From positions 1 through 55,349 of the forward strand of contig CANRCQ010000002.1 of the NCBI GenBank assembly GCA_947629145.1: a stretch of DNA of 55,349 nt, in the 5' to 3' direction. Positions 18,149 through 26,156 of this stretch are shown here, one piece after another (the first letter of the stretch is position 1; each line of letters opens with the position of its first letter). This stretch comes from an uncultured Clostridia bacterium (lineage in GTDB: Bacteria > Bacillota > Clostridia > Christensenellales > UBA1242). Under the pieces are notes generated by a model that was not told the DNA's origin, searched no databases, and was given only the letters and a program-made list of their open reading frames with translations. A program made the translations under genes and the position numbers.

Positions 18149-18379
18149 ATGAGAAAGATTATATATGGCTTAGATGATATTAAAGTGAAGATAATGAATC
18201 TTAAAGGACAGAATATTCAAATGCAAATCAACCGTGGGCGCCGCCGCATAGAACAAGTGCGTGCAACAATAAAAGATGTCTATCCAAGCGTGTTTACAAT
18301 CAAAACGGAAGACGAAAAACTCCAAACATTTTCATATTTTGATGTTCTTTGCGGCAATATTGTCTTGGATGATGAATAA
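18149..18379 (+). CDS. veg: Veg family protein
   Basis: MRKIIYGLDDIKVKIMNLKGQNIQMQINRGRRRIEQVRATIKDVYPSVFTI... matches the Veg pattern (GGRRK...YPSVF). ATG 18149 behind GAGGTGA. Confidence 0.7.
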   Translation: MRKIIYGLDDIKVKIMNLKGQNIQMQINRGRRRIEQVRATIKDVYPSVFTIKTEDEKLQTFSYFDVLCGNIVLDDE

Positions 18380-18408
18380 AAAAACGCTTTTTTGAAGCGT
18401 TTTTTTTA
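18380..18408. terminator. Bidirectional terminator between veg and ppdK
   Basis: AAAACGCTT-ttttg-AAGCGTTTT followed by a T run. Confidence 0.7.
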
Positions 18409-18416
18409 TTTTAAAC

Positions 18417-21065
18417 TTATTTTTTCTTAAAAATAGGTTGTTTTTTTGGATATTTGATTGCAGCCTGTGCAGCGGCAAGTCTTGCGATTGGCACTCTGTA
18501 TGGAGAGCAAGAAACATAGTTGAGTCCAACTCTGTGGCAGAATTCAACAGATGATGGGTCACCACCATGTTCTCCGCAAATTCCAAGTTTGATGTCTGGA
18601 CGAGTTGATTTTCCAAGTTCAGCGGCAATTCTTACAAGTTTGCCAACGCCGTTTTGGTCAAGACGAGCGAATGGGTCGCTTTCGAAAATCTTCTTTTCAT
18701 AATAAGTGTCAAGGAACTTGCCAGCATCATCACGAGAGAAGCCATATGTCATTTGAGTCAAATCATTTGTTCCGAATGAGAAGAATTCAGCATATTTTGC
18801 GATTTGGTCAGCAGTGATTGCAGCACGTGGGATTTCAATCATTGTTCCAACTTTGTATTTCATGTCAACCTTATTTTCAGCAAGAACGCGGTCTGCGGTT
18901 GCTGTGACAATGTCTTTCACATACTTAAATTCAACACTGTCGCAAGTGAGTGGAATCATGATTTCAGGAACAACATCAATCTTGTCTTCTTTTTCAACTT
19001 CAATAGCGGCCTTGATGACTGCTTCTGTTTGCATCTCTGCAATTTCAGGATAAGTCACAGCCAAACGAAGTCCACGGTGACCCATCATTGGGTTGAATTC
19101 ATGAAGTGAAGCAACTGTTGCTTTAAGTGCATCAAATGTAAGTCCCATTTCTTTTGCAAGAGCCTTGATATCAGCATCTTCATGTGGCAAAAATTCGTGA
19201 AGTGGTGGGTCCAAGAAACGAATTGTCACTGGACGCCCCTTCATTGCTTTGAATATGCCCTTAAAGTCTTTTTGTTGCATAGGAAGAAGTTTTTTGAGAG
19301 CCTTCTTTCTTTCTTCTGTTGTTGTAGAAACAATCATTTCTCTAACAGCAGGGATTCTGTCTGCTTCAAAGAACATATGTTCAGTTCTGCAAAGACCAAC
19401 ACCTTCTGCGCCAAAGTTGAAAGCAACTGCTGTGTCGCGTGGGTTGTCGGCATTTGTTCTTATCATAAGGTTGCGATATTTGTCAGCCCATTCCATGATT
19501 GTAGCAAATTCGCCAGAGATTTTTGCATCTTCTGTTGCAACTGCGCCATCATAGATTTTTCCTGTAGAGCCGTCAAAAGAGATAACATCCCCTTCTTTAT
19601 ATTTCTTTCCGCCAAGAGTGAAGGATTTTCCATCGTCAGCAAATTTCAAATCGCTGCAACCTGCAACGCAGCAAGTTCCCATTCCACGAGCAACAACTGC
19701 AGCATGAGATGTCATTCCCCCACGAGCAGTCAAAATGCCTTGGCTGGCAGCCATTCCTTCAATATCTTCTGGGCTTGTTTCCAAACGAACAAGCACAACC
19801 TTGTCTTTCTTTCCGCCCATTTCTTTTGCTTTTTCAGCAGTGAAGCAGATTTTTCCGCAAGCAGCCCCTGGAGAAGCAGGAAGTGCTTCGCCGATAACTG
19901 TGGCTTTCTTCAAAGCAGCGGCTTCAAAAGTTGGGTGCAAAAGTGCATCAAGTTGTTTAGGGTCAAGCATCAAAAGGGCTTGTTTTTCGTCAATCATGCC
20001 TTCATGAACAAGGTCAACAGCAATTTTCAAAGCAGCTTTTGCTGTTCTTTTGCCGTTTCTTGTTTGAAGCATATAAAGTTTGCCTTTTTCAATGGTAAAT
20101 TCCATATCTTGCATATCTTTATAGTGATTTTCAAGTTTCTTTGCGATTGCAGCAAACTGTTCATAAACTTCTGGATTTTGCTTTTCAAGTTCGCTGATGT
20201 GTTTTGGAGTTCTAATTCCGGCAACAACATCTTCGCCCTGTGCGTTCATAAGATATTCACCATAAAGTGCGTTTTCACCAGTCGATGGGTTTCTTGTGAA
20301 GGCAACACCAGTTCCGCTGTCTTCGCCCATGTTTCCAAACACCATGGATTGAACGTTTACGGCAGTTCCCCAGTTGTATGGAATGTCATGCATTCTTCTG
20401 TAAACATTTGCTCTTTCGTTGTCCCAAGAACGGAAAACGGCTTTAACAGCTTCAATAAGTTGTTCTTTAGGTTCTTGTGGGAAGTCTTTCTTTTGAGATT
20501 CTTTATACAACTTTTTGAAGAGTTTAACGATTTCTTTCAAATCATCGGCGGTCAAATCCTTGTCAAACTGAACGCCTTTCTTTGCCTTAATATCATCCAA
20601 AATTCTTTCATATTTTGATTTATCTTGTTGCATAACAACATCGCTGAACATTTGGATGAAACGGCGATATGAGTCATAAGCAAATCTTTCGTTGTTAGTG
20701 AGTTTTGCAAGCCCAACAACAACTTCATCATTAAGACCAAGGTTTAAGATTGTGTCCATCATTCCAGGCATTGAAACGCGTGCGCCAGAACGAACAGAAA
20801 CCAAAAGTGGATTTGTTGGGTCACCAAATTTTTTCCCTGTCATCTTTTCGATTTTTGCAAGTTTGTCTTCAATTTGCGCCAAAATTTGGTCGTTGATTTT
20901 TCGACCATCTTCATAATATTGTGTGCAGGCTTCTGTTGTGATTGTAAAACCCTGTGGAACAGGAAGCCCAATTTTTGTCATTTCAGCAAGGTTTGCACCC
21001 TTTCCCCCAAAGAGAGCCTTGTTCTTTCCATCAGCTTCTTTGAATAAGTAAACATATTTTTTCAT
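18417..21065 (-). CDS. ppdK: Pyruvate, phosphate dikinase
   Basis: 882 aa. Phosphohistidine segment GGMTSHAAVVARGMG, PEP-utilising C-terminus FFSFGTNDLTQ...CGEHGGDP. Confidence 0.95.
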   Translation of the reverse strand: MKKYVYLFKEADGKNKALFGGKGANLAEMTKIGLPVPQGFTITTEACTQYYEDGRKINDQILAQIEDKLAKIEKMTGKKFGDPTNPLLVSVRSGARVSMPGMMDTILNLGLNDEVVVGLAKLTNNERFAYDSYRRFIQMFSDVVMQQDKSKYERILDDIKAKKGVQFDKDLTADDLKEIVKLFKKLYKESQKKDFPQEPKEQLIEAVKAVFRSWDNERANVYRRMHDIPYNWGTAVNVQSMVFGNMGEDSGTGVAFTRNPSTGENALYGEYLMNAQGEDVVAGIRTPKHISELEKQNPEVYEQFAAIAKKLENHYKDMQDMEFTIEKGKLYMLQTRNGKRTAKAALKIAVDLVHEGMIDEKQALLMLDPKQLDALLHPTFEAAALKKATVIGEALPASPGAACGKICFTAEKAKEMGGKKDKVVLVRLETSPEDIEGMAASQGILTARGGMTSHAAVVARGMGTCCVAGCSDLKFADDGKSFTLGGKKYKEGDVISFDGSTGKIYDGAVATEDAKISGEFATIMEWADKYRNLMIRTNADNPRDTAVAFNFGAEGVGLCRTEHMFFEADRIPAVREMIVSTTTEERKKALKKLLPMQQKDFKGIFKAMKGRPVTIRFLDPPLHEFLPHEDADIKALAKEMGLTFDALKATVASLHEFNPMMGHRGLRLAVTYPEIAEMQTEAVIKAAIEVEKEDKIDVVPEIMIPLTCDSVEFKYVKDIVTATADRVLAENKVDMKYKVGTMIEIPRAAITADQIAKYAEFFSFGTNDLTQMTYGFSRDDAGKFLDTYYEKKIFESDPFARLDQNGVGKLVRIAAELGKSTRPDIKLGICGEHGGDPSSVEFCHRVGLNYVSCSPYRVPIARLAAAQAAIKYPKKQPIFKKK

Positions 21066-21091
21066 TTTCTTCTCCTTTTTGTTTCTTACAT

Positions 21092-21100
21092 ATTATAACA
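21092..21100 (-). promoter_or_regulatory. Candidate extended -10 (TGTTATAAT) for ppdK
   Basis: The minus strand reads TTTTTGTTATAATATG about 30 nt upstream of the AAGGAG RBS of ppdK. Confidence 0.35.
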
Positions 21101-21125
21101 AAAAACGCTTGCACTAGGCAAACGA
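21099..21125 (-). terminator. Intrinsic terminator after engB
   Basis: Minus strand CGUUUGC-cuagu-GCAAGCG followed by UUUUUUG. Confidence 0.5.
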
Positions 21126-21154
21126 TTTTATATACTTTTTTTGATTTTTTTATA

Positions 21155-21739
21155 CTATTTTGTTATTCCATCAATATAATCCAAAAGCTGCTCCTTGCCA
21201 AACAGAGTCTGTGAAGAGAATGGATAGATGATTTCTTTTCTCACATTAAGTGCCTTTGCAATTTGACTGCAAGCCTGCGAAACTTTTGATTTTGCAAGTT
21301 TGTCCACCTTTGTTGCAACTATTATATATGGAATTTGATAGGAATTTAAAAAATCAAGCATCATTTTGTCAAGTTCACTTGGCTCATGCCTGCAATCAAC
21401 AAGCACAAAAACAGACCTTAAAGAATTTGACGAAAGGAGATATTTTTCCATAAGCCCAGCCCAGTTTGCAATGTGTTTTTGCCCTGTCTGCGCATAACCA
21501 TAACCTGGCAAATCAACAATTCTAAAACTTTCATTTATCAAAAAATAGTTTATGTATTTTGTCAAGCCTGGCATTGAAGAAGTTTTTGCAAGATTTTTAA
21601 CTGCACAAAGAGAGTTTATAAGAGATGACTTTCCAACATTGCTTCTTCCCACAAAAGCAATCTCTGGAACATCATCTTTTATAATGTTTTTCTCTTCCGC
21701 AACTGACAATAAAAATTTTGCACTTGTAATAAGTTTCAT
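21155..21739 (-). CDS. engB: Ribosome biogenesis GTPase EngB/YsxC/YihA
   Basis: 194 aa. GRSNVGKSSLIN, DLPGYGYA, TKVDK motifs. Confidence 0.9.
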   Translation of the reverse strand: MKLITSAKFLLSVAEEKNIIKDDVPEIAFVGRSNVGKSSLINSLCAVKNLAKTSSMPGLTKYINYFLINESFRIVDLPGYGYAQTGQKHIANWAGLMEKYLLSSNSLRSVFVLVDCRHEPSELDKMMLDFLNSYQIPYIIVATKVDKLAKSKVSQACSQIAKALNVRKEIIYPFSSQTLFGKEQLLDYIDGITK

Positions 21740-21980
21740 TTCTTCTCCTTATACTTTCTATCTCTAAAAAAGTTTGCCCAATATGGATTTTCTTTATCAA
21801 AAATTTCCTTTTGCTCAGGTGTCAATTTCCATGGATAATCCGCAAATAAATTGAATTTTGCTTTCTTTTCAAAACTGAACACCATCTCTTCCACTTGGTT
21901 TCAAGCCACCAAATAAAGTCACTTTCGTTTTTCTTTTTCCAAACTTCTTTTTTTAAAAATTTCATATCAACCATCCCCAT
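21736..21980 (-). other. Two overlapping short ORFs, possibly one frameshifted ~95-aa gene
   Basis: Frame A 21965..21822: MKFLKKEVWKKKNESDFIWWLETKWKRWCSVLKRKQNSIYLRIIHGN*. Frame B 21885..21736: MVFSFEKKAKFNLFADYPWKLTPEQKEIFDKENPYWANFFRDRKYKEKK*. The frame B TGA overlaps the engB ATG (ATGA). Confidence 0.3.
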
Positions 21981-21993
21981 AATAAAATATTTT

Positions 21994-22068
21994 TGGTCGG
22001 GGCGATGAGATTTGAACTCATGGCCTCATGGTCCCGAACCATGCGCGCTACCCCTGCGCTACGCCCCG
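21994..22068 (-). tRNA. tRNA-Pro (anticodon CGG)
   Basis: Minus strand CGGGGCG-TA-GCGC-AGGGGTA-GCGC-G-CATGG-TTCGGGA-CCATG-AGGCC-ATGAG-TTCAAAT-CTCAT-CGCCCCG-A-CCA. Full cloverleaf with encoded CCA. Confidence 0.9.
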
Positions 22069-22076
22069 CTTGTTAT

Positions 22077-22105
22077 AATATATCACAAATCCCACTCATT
22101 TGCAA
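22077..22105 (-). promoter_or_regulatory. Candidate promoter for tRNA-Pro
   Basis: Minus strand TTGCAA (22105-22100), 17-nt spacer, TATATT (22082-22077), 8 nt before the tRNA 5' end. Confidence 0.4.
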
Positions 22106-22243
22106 ACAATAACCTGTTGTAAAAAATAAAAAAAATTCAACCCCACGCTGTGTCACCACAAGAAATTGCCTTTTGGGCTTGGTTGAATTTATCTATATTA
22201 TATTCTAAAAAATTAAAAAGACAAGTTTTTTTAAAAAATCAAA

Positions 22244-22276
22244 TAAAAAAGACTATCATTTGATAGCCTTTTTTGT
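22244..22276. terminator. Hairpin with flanking A/T runs downstream of tRNA-Val
   Basis: AAAAAAGACTATCATTTGATAGCCTTTTTTG. Confidence 0.45.
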
Positions 22277-22337
22277 TATTATTCCAAAAGTTCCTTTTAC
22301 AAAGACATAATTTGTAAGGTCCTTATGTTGTTTGTTT

Positions 22338-22413
22338 TGGTGGGAGTTATAGGGCTCGAACCTATGACCCTCTGCTTGTAAGGCAGGTACTCTACCAACT
22401 GAGCTAAACTCCC
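22338..22413 (-). tRNA. tRNA-Val (anticodon TAC)
   Basis: Minus strand GGGAGTTTAGCTCAGTTGGTAGAGTACCTGCCTTACAAGCAGAGGGTCATAGGTTCGAGCCCTATAACTCCCACCA. Confidence 0.9.
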
Positions 22414-22483
22414 ATTGTTTTCTAAGTTTATCACACTTAGAAAGACAATGTCAAATAATTTTTAAAGAAATTTTAAATTTTTT

Positions 22484-24094
22484 TTATTTAAAGAGAACAT
22501 CAATGCTTTCAAGATGGAATCCACTTTCAGCATCATTTTCAAGTGTGTAATCGCCGTTTCCATCAATTGACCTTTTTGCTGTTAAAATTGCTTCCATCAA
22601 ATCATAGATTGTTGGATTTGCATCTAAATCAAGTGTAACACTAAATGAAAGTCCGCTGTCTGATTTAATCTTAACAAAAATTTGTTCAACAAATATTTCT
22701 GCAGTTTGTTCATCATCACTATAGAACTTTTTAAGTGTAACACCATCTCCAGTCAACATATCAAACAAATCATAAATTGAAACATTTTCTTCTCTAACGA
22801 CTGATGTGTTTGCTGCTTCCCAGCCAGATGGTTTTTGTGGCCCGCCTAAATTTTTTCCTTCTGAGTTGTAAACTGTGCCTGTATAAGAACCATCATCGCC
22901 ATCTTGACCATCTTCATATGCTTTGAAGTTGAGCGCGTCAACAGTAATCTTTGAATATTCGCTTTCAACATCAACAAAAATGTTTGCAGTTGCTGTTTCA
23001 TGTTTGTGTTGTGCAACAAAAGCACTTACAAAAGCTTCCGCACCAGTATAAGTTTCGCTTTCGTCAACTTTGATTTCTTTTACTTTGAAGAATGAGTATT
23101 TGCCTTTAAGGTTGAACAAATCAGTAATTTTTTGATATTCATCAACTGTGAATGTAACATTAGCAGAAACTTCGTCTGTAACATTTTCGCCCTTAGTTAC
23201 ATTTGCTTTATACTCAATTTTTTCTTCATTGAGAGTGAAGTTTTTAGCTTCTGTAAGAGTAACTTCTCCAACTGTGTGTCCTTGGTCATCTGTCCAAGAA
23301 TAAGAATATCCATCTTTTTCAGTGTCTACTCCAAAAATGTCGTCAAGGTCAATGCTGCTAAGGTCAACTGTTTGAGAGTTTCCATCTTGGTCTTCAACAT
23401 AAGCCTTGTATGTTTGTTGAGATTCTCCCTTTTTAAGAGTTAAATCAAAGCTTTTTCTTTCATCAAGTGGATTTTCAAGAGTGAAAGGGCCTTCTGCATC
23501 AAATGTAGCATATTTATATCTTTTTGCTGATTCATCACCATTTACAAGCCATCCTCTGTAGCATTTGCCTTCTTCCATTGTGGCATCTGTTTTAGATTTA
23601 GGGTCAGCAAGTTTTTCGCCATATTTAACTTCTGTTTTTGGTTCAGTTGGAGCTTCTTCTCCTGAGTAAGAAATTGTGAATGTGTTGATTTGATAAACAG
23701 CAACGATGTTAGATGCAGTTGCCATATCAAAAGTAAGGTCATCGCCGCCAATAAGTTCTGTTACGCCAACCTTTTGTTTGTAAGTTTCAGCATCTCCCAT
23801 AAACCAGCCCATAAATTCGTATGCTGCATGAGAGTAGTTTGCAGAAACAGTTGCAGTTTGTTTGTGACTTTTTACGATTTTGATAGATTCAGCGGTTTTG
23901 TCGCCATATTTAACAGCGGCATAGACATCTACATCGCCTGAATTTTCAACTTTTTCGTCATTCACAAACACTACGCCAACGTTGACAACGCTGTCGATTG
24001 AGTGATAAGCAGCAAGAACTGTGCCTGCCACCATCAAAGGCAATACAACAACCATAGCGCAGATAACTAAGATTTTTGAGAATGTTCTGGACAT
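22484..24094 (-). CDS. Secreted or surface protein with an N-terminal signal-anchor
   Basis: 536 aa, hydrophobic N-terminus ILVICAMVVVLPLMVAGTVLAAY, acidic Thr/Asp/Glu-rich body. Y-x-F-x-G-W-like motifs (YEFMGWF, CYRGWLV, YSYSWT) recall Listeria-Bacteroides repeat domains. Confidence 0.4.
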   Translation of the reverse strand: MSRTFSKILVICAMVVVLPLMVAGTVLAAYHSIDSVVNVGVVFVNDEKVENSGDVDVYAAVKYGDKTAESIKIVKSHKQTATVSANYSHAAYEFMGWFMGDAETYKQKVGVTELIGGDDLTFDMATASNIVAVYQINTFTISYSGEEAPTEPKTEVKYGEKLADPKSKTDATMEEGKCYRGWLVNGDESAKRYKYATFDAEGPFTLENPLDERKSFDLTLKKGESQQTYKAYVEDQDGNSQTVDLSSIDLDDIFGVDTEKDGYSYSWTDDQGHTVGEVTLTEAKNFTLNEEKIEYKANVTKGENVTDEVSANVTFTVDEYQKITDLFNLKGKYSFFKVKEIKVDESETYTGAEAFVSAFVAQHKHETATANIFVDVESEYSKITVDALNFKAYEDGQDGDDGSYTGTVYNSEGKNLGGPQKPSGWEAANTSVVREENVSIYDLFDMLTGDGVTLKKFYSDDEQTAEIFVEQIFVKIKSDSGLSFSVTLDLDANPTIYDLMEAILTAKRSIDGNGDYTLENDAESGFHLESIDVLFK

Positions 24095-24205
24095 AAAATA
24101 CCTCCTATCGATGGCATTATTATATCACATCATTTTTTGTATTTCAATACCTAAATCAAAAATTTTTTACTTTTTTAATAAAATTTTTTTGAAGAACCGC
24201 CAATA

Positions 24206-24949
24206 TCAGCCATCCATAATCATTTTATCGGCGATTAACGCAATGAGTTCGCCATTAGTAGGCTTCTCATTTCTATTATATATCTTCAAACCAAAAATAT
24301 TGTTGATATTTTCAATTTTTCCACGGTTCCAAGCAACTTCAATGGCATGACGCATACCCCTTTCAACCTTGCTTGAACTTGTTTCAAAGCGCTCCGCAAT
24401 GGTTGGATAAAGTTTTTTCGTGATAGAACCGATGATTTCAGGCTCTTCCACGGCAAGTTTAACCGCTTCGCGAAGAAACTGATAACCTTTTATATGCGCT
24501 GGAATGCCAATACTGATAAAAATATTTGAAATTTTTTCATCAAGTTGCTTGCTTTCGCCATTTCCACGGCCGTTGTTTATCACTTCCAATATGCGATTTT
24601 CAAGATTTTCCGCAGAAATAGGTTTAAGCATAAAATAACTTGCGCCAAGTTGAATAGCCTTTGTCACAAAACCACTATGCGAAAGATTTGACACAAAAAA
24701 CACCTTTGGCATATTTGCGCCCTTTATTTTCTCCAACACCGCAAATCCATCTAAATTAGACAGCATTACTTCCGTGATAAGTATGTCTGGCTTTAATTTT
24801 TCAACATCTTCAACAACTTTCATTCCATCAAAACTTGCACCAACAAAATCAAATTGGTCGCTGTTTTGAAAATATTCAATCAAACTGTTGTCTTCTGTAT
24901 TGTCCGCAATGTAAACTCTTGGCAATTTGTTTTCTTTTACTTTTTCCAT
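24206..24949 (-). CDS. spo0A: Sporulation master regulator Spo0A
   Basis: REC domain (PRVYIADNTED...DILITEVMLSNLDG) plus the Spo0A-specific C-terminus HIKGYQFLREAV...TSSKVERGMRHAIEVAWNRG. ATG 24949 behind AGGAG. The track start is a GTG extension. Confidence 0.92.
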   Translation of the reverse strand: MEKVKENKLPRVYIADNTEDNSLIEYFQNSDQFDFVGASFDGMKVVEDVEKLKPDILITEVMLSNLDGFAVLEKIKGANMPKVFFVSNLSHSGFVTKAIQLGASYFMLKPISAENLENRILEVINNGRGNGESKQLDEKISNIFISIGIPAHIKGYQFLREAVKLAVEEPEIIGSITKKLYPTIAERFETSSSKVERGMRHAIEVAWNRGKIENINNIFGLKIYNRNEKPTNGELIALIADKMIMDG

Positions 24950-25053
24950 TTTAATCTCCTTTTTTGTGCTTTGCAAAACAAGAATAAGATAACATATTGT
25001 TGCAAATTGTGGAAAAAGAAAAATATTACATTTTGTCATGTATAAGCCATTTT

Positions 25054-25060
25054 TGTCGAA
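25054..25060 (+). promoter_or_regulatory. Consensus 0A box (TGTCGAA) about 105 nt upstream of the spo0A start
   Basis: Exact TGTCGAA heptamer. Position fits Spo0A autoregulation, but a 7-mer can occur by chance. Confidence 0.25.
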
Positions 25061-25129
25061 ACATGGCACAAAGCAAAAATCTTAGCGGAATTTTTTCGTT
25101 TAATGTCAGCAAAACGCCATTTCACACAA

Positions 25130-25220
25130 GGCGGAGTGCCACATCTTTTACAAAAGATGTCCATGCCTTTCGGCATGAAAAAAAGAACGCCCCCTGTTCG
25201 TTCTTTTTTTGCACTCCGCC
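25130..25220. repeat. Three-hairpin 'closed cloverleaf' element, copy 1
   Basis: GGCGGAGTGC c ACATCTT-ttacaa-AAGATGT c CATGCC-tttc-GGCATG AAAAAAAGAACG-ccccctgtt-CGTTCTTTTTTT GCACTCCGCC. Same architecture as 26537-26626. Confidence 0.7.
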
Positions 25221-25243
25221 CACTCTCGTCCACCCCCACTCTC

Positions 25244-25301
25244 GTCATGTTGAGCATAGCGAAACATCTCTTGAGATTCTTCGCCTTCGGCTCAGAATGA
25301 C
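25244..25301. repeat. Long imperfect palindrome (GTCATGTTGAGC...GCTCAGAATGAC)
   Basis: Paired blocks GTCAT/ATGAC, TGAGC/GCTCA, CGAA/TTCG, ATCTC/GAGAT. A related half-copy GTCATCTTGAGTGAAACAAAGGCTCTC lies at 25353-25379. Confidence 0.6.
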
Positions 25302-25386
25302 GAATTGGATTTTTACTCCTTCTGTCATCCTAAATGTTTGCCGTCATCTTGAGTGAAACAAAGGCTCTCAACGAAGCCCGCTTACT

Positions 25387-25451
25387 AATATAAATGCACC
25401 ACAGTAGTAGCGACCAAGTCGCCAATGAAATGCGACTTGCGTTTGGTCGCT
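25387..25451 (+). repeat. REP-like module, copy 1 (22-nt box ending in GTAGT, plus hairpin)
   Basis: AATATAAATGCACCACAGTAGT, then AGCGACCAA-GTCGC-caatgaaat-GCGAC-ttgcgt-TTGGTCGCT. Confidence 0.6.
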
Positions 25452-25479
25452 CTCAAAGCCCCACTTTCACATATAAAAT

Positions 25480-25531
25480 CCATCTGGTTTTTGTAGTGAA
25501 AGGACTGAGTCCGCTCTCAAAAACCAGATGG
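25480..25531. repeat. 13-bp perfect inverted repeat enclosing a small inner hairpin
   Basis: CCATCTGGTTTTT (25480-25492) / AAAAACCAGATGG (25519-25531). The loop contains GGACT-g-AGTCC. Confidence 0.6.
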
Positions 25532-25570
25532 TGCCTTGGCCGCCAGCAAAATGTCCAGCGGAATTTTGCC

Positions 25571-25636
25571 AATATAAATGCACCACAGTAGTCGCGCAAA
25601 ATCGCCAAGCGTTGCTGCGATTTTCGTTTGGCGCGA
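25571..25636 (+). repeat. REP-like module, copy 2
   Basis: Identical 22-nt box AATATAAATGCACCACAGTAGT, then (T)CGCGC-AAAATCGC-caagcgttgct-GCGATTTT-cgtttg-GCGCGA. Confidence 0.6.
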
Positions 25637-25716
25637 GAAAGAGAGCAAAATCAAATGTCAAAGCGCCGCTTTTTGCCATGTTAGTGGCAAAAACAAGCCA
25701 AAATGCAGATTTTGCC

Positions 25717-26073
25717 CTACTTAAATATTGCCTTCAAAATTATCCCAAACACAAAACTCACTGTTGCCAAAAACATAGAGCGCAACACCAAAAGCCCAAA
25801 ATTTTTGCGATTTCTTTTTGTGTCTAAAACAAAGGTTTGTCCACTTTTTTTAAGATTTACGCAATAAAAATAGCCCTTTTTACTTTCCGAAACAACAAAA
25901 TCGATGTAATTTTCATTTGAAAGCGAAGCCATAATTTCATCAATTTCTTCAATCGAAAGCACATATTTTTTGGAAAGCGCAAGTGTGATTTCTTGCGGCG
26001 AAATAAGATATGTCCGCCTTTGCTGACATTTGTTGCAAAGATAGTTCATCACAAGTTTTTCTTTTTTTGTCAT
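25717..26073 (-). CDS. Small membrane-anchored winged-helix-like protein
   Basis: 118 aa. N-terminal ~80 aa resemble a wHTH (KEKLVMNYLCNKC...ITLALSKKYVLSIEEIDEIMASLSNENYIDF). C-terminal TM LLVLRSMFLATVSFVFGIILKAIF. Confidence 0.4.
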   Translation of the reverse strand: MTKKEKLVMNYLCNKCQQRRTYLISPQEITLALSKKYVLSIEEIDEIMASLSNENYIDFVVSESKKGYFYCVNLKKSGQTFVLDTKRNRKNFGLLVLRSMFLATVSFVFGIILKAIFK

Positions 26074-26156
26074 AAATGCCTAAAAATAATTTTCCCAAAA
26101 TAGACAACAAATATTCTTGAAGTATAAAGCCTGTGGGATTGTGAAAAAATAATGAT

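Noticed and set aside
19182-20618. 478-aa plus-strand ORF
   Set aside because: It lies fully antisense within ppdK, whose minus-strand product is unmistakable. The antisense product is Cys/Phe/Ser-rich low complexity with no motifs, a typical shadow ORF of a codon-biased gene.
25036-25827. Track ORFs in the GC-rich island (25036..25257-, 25103..25300+, 25394..25591+, 25467..25679-, 25528..25827+)
   Set aside because: They overlap one another in several frames, lack RBSs, and their boundaries coincide with the palindromic repeats. They are interpreted as repeat-derived artefacts.
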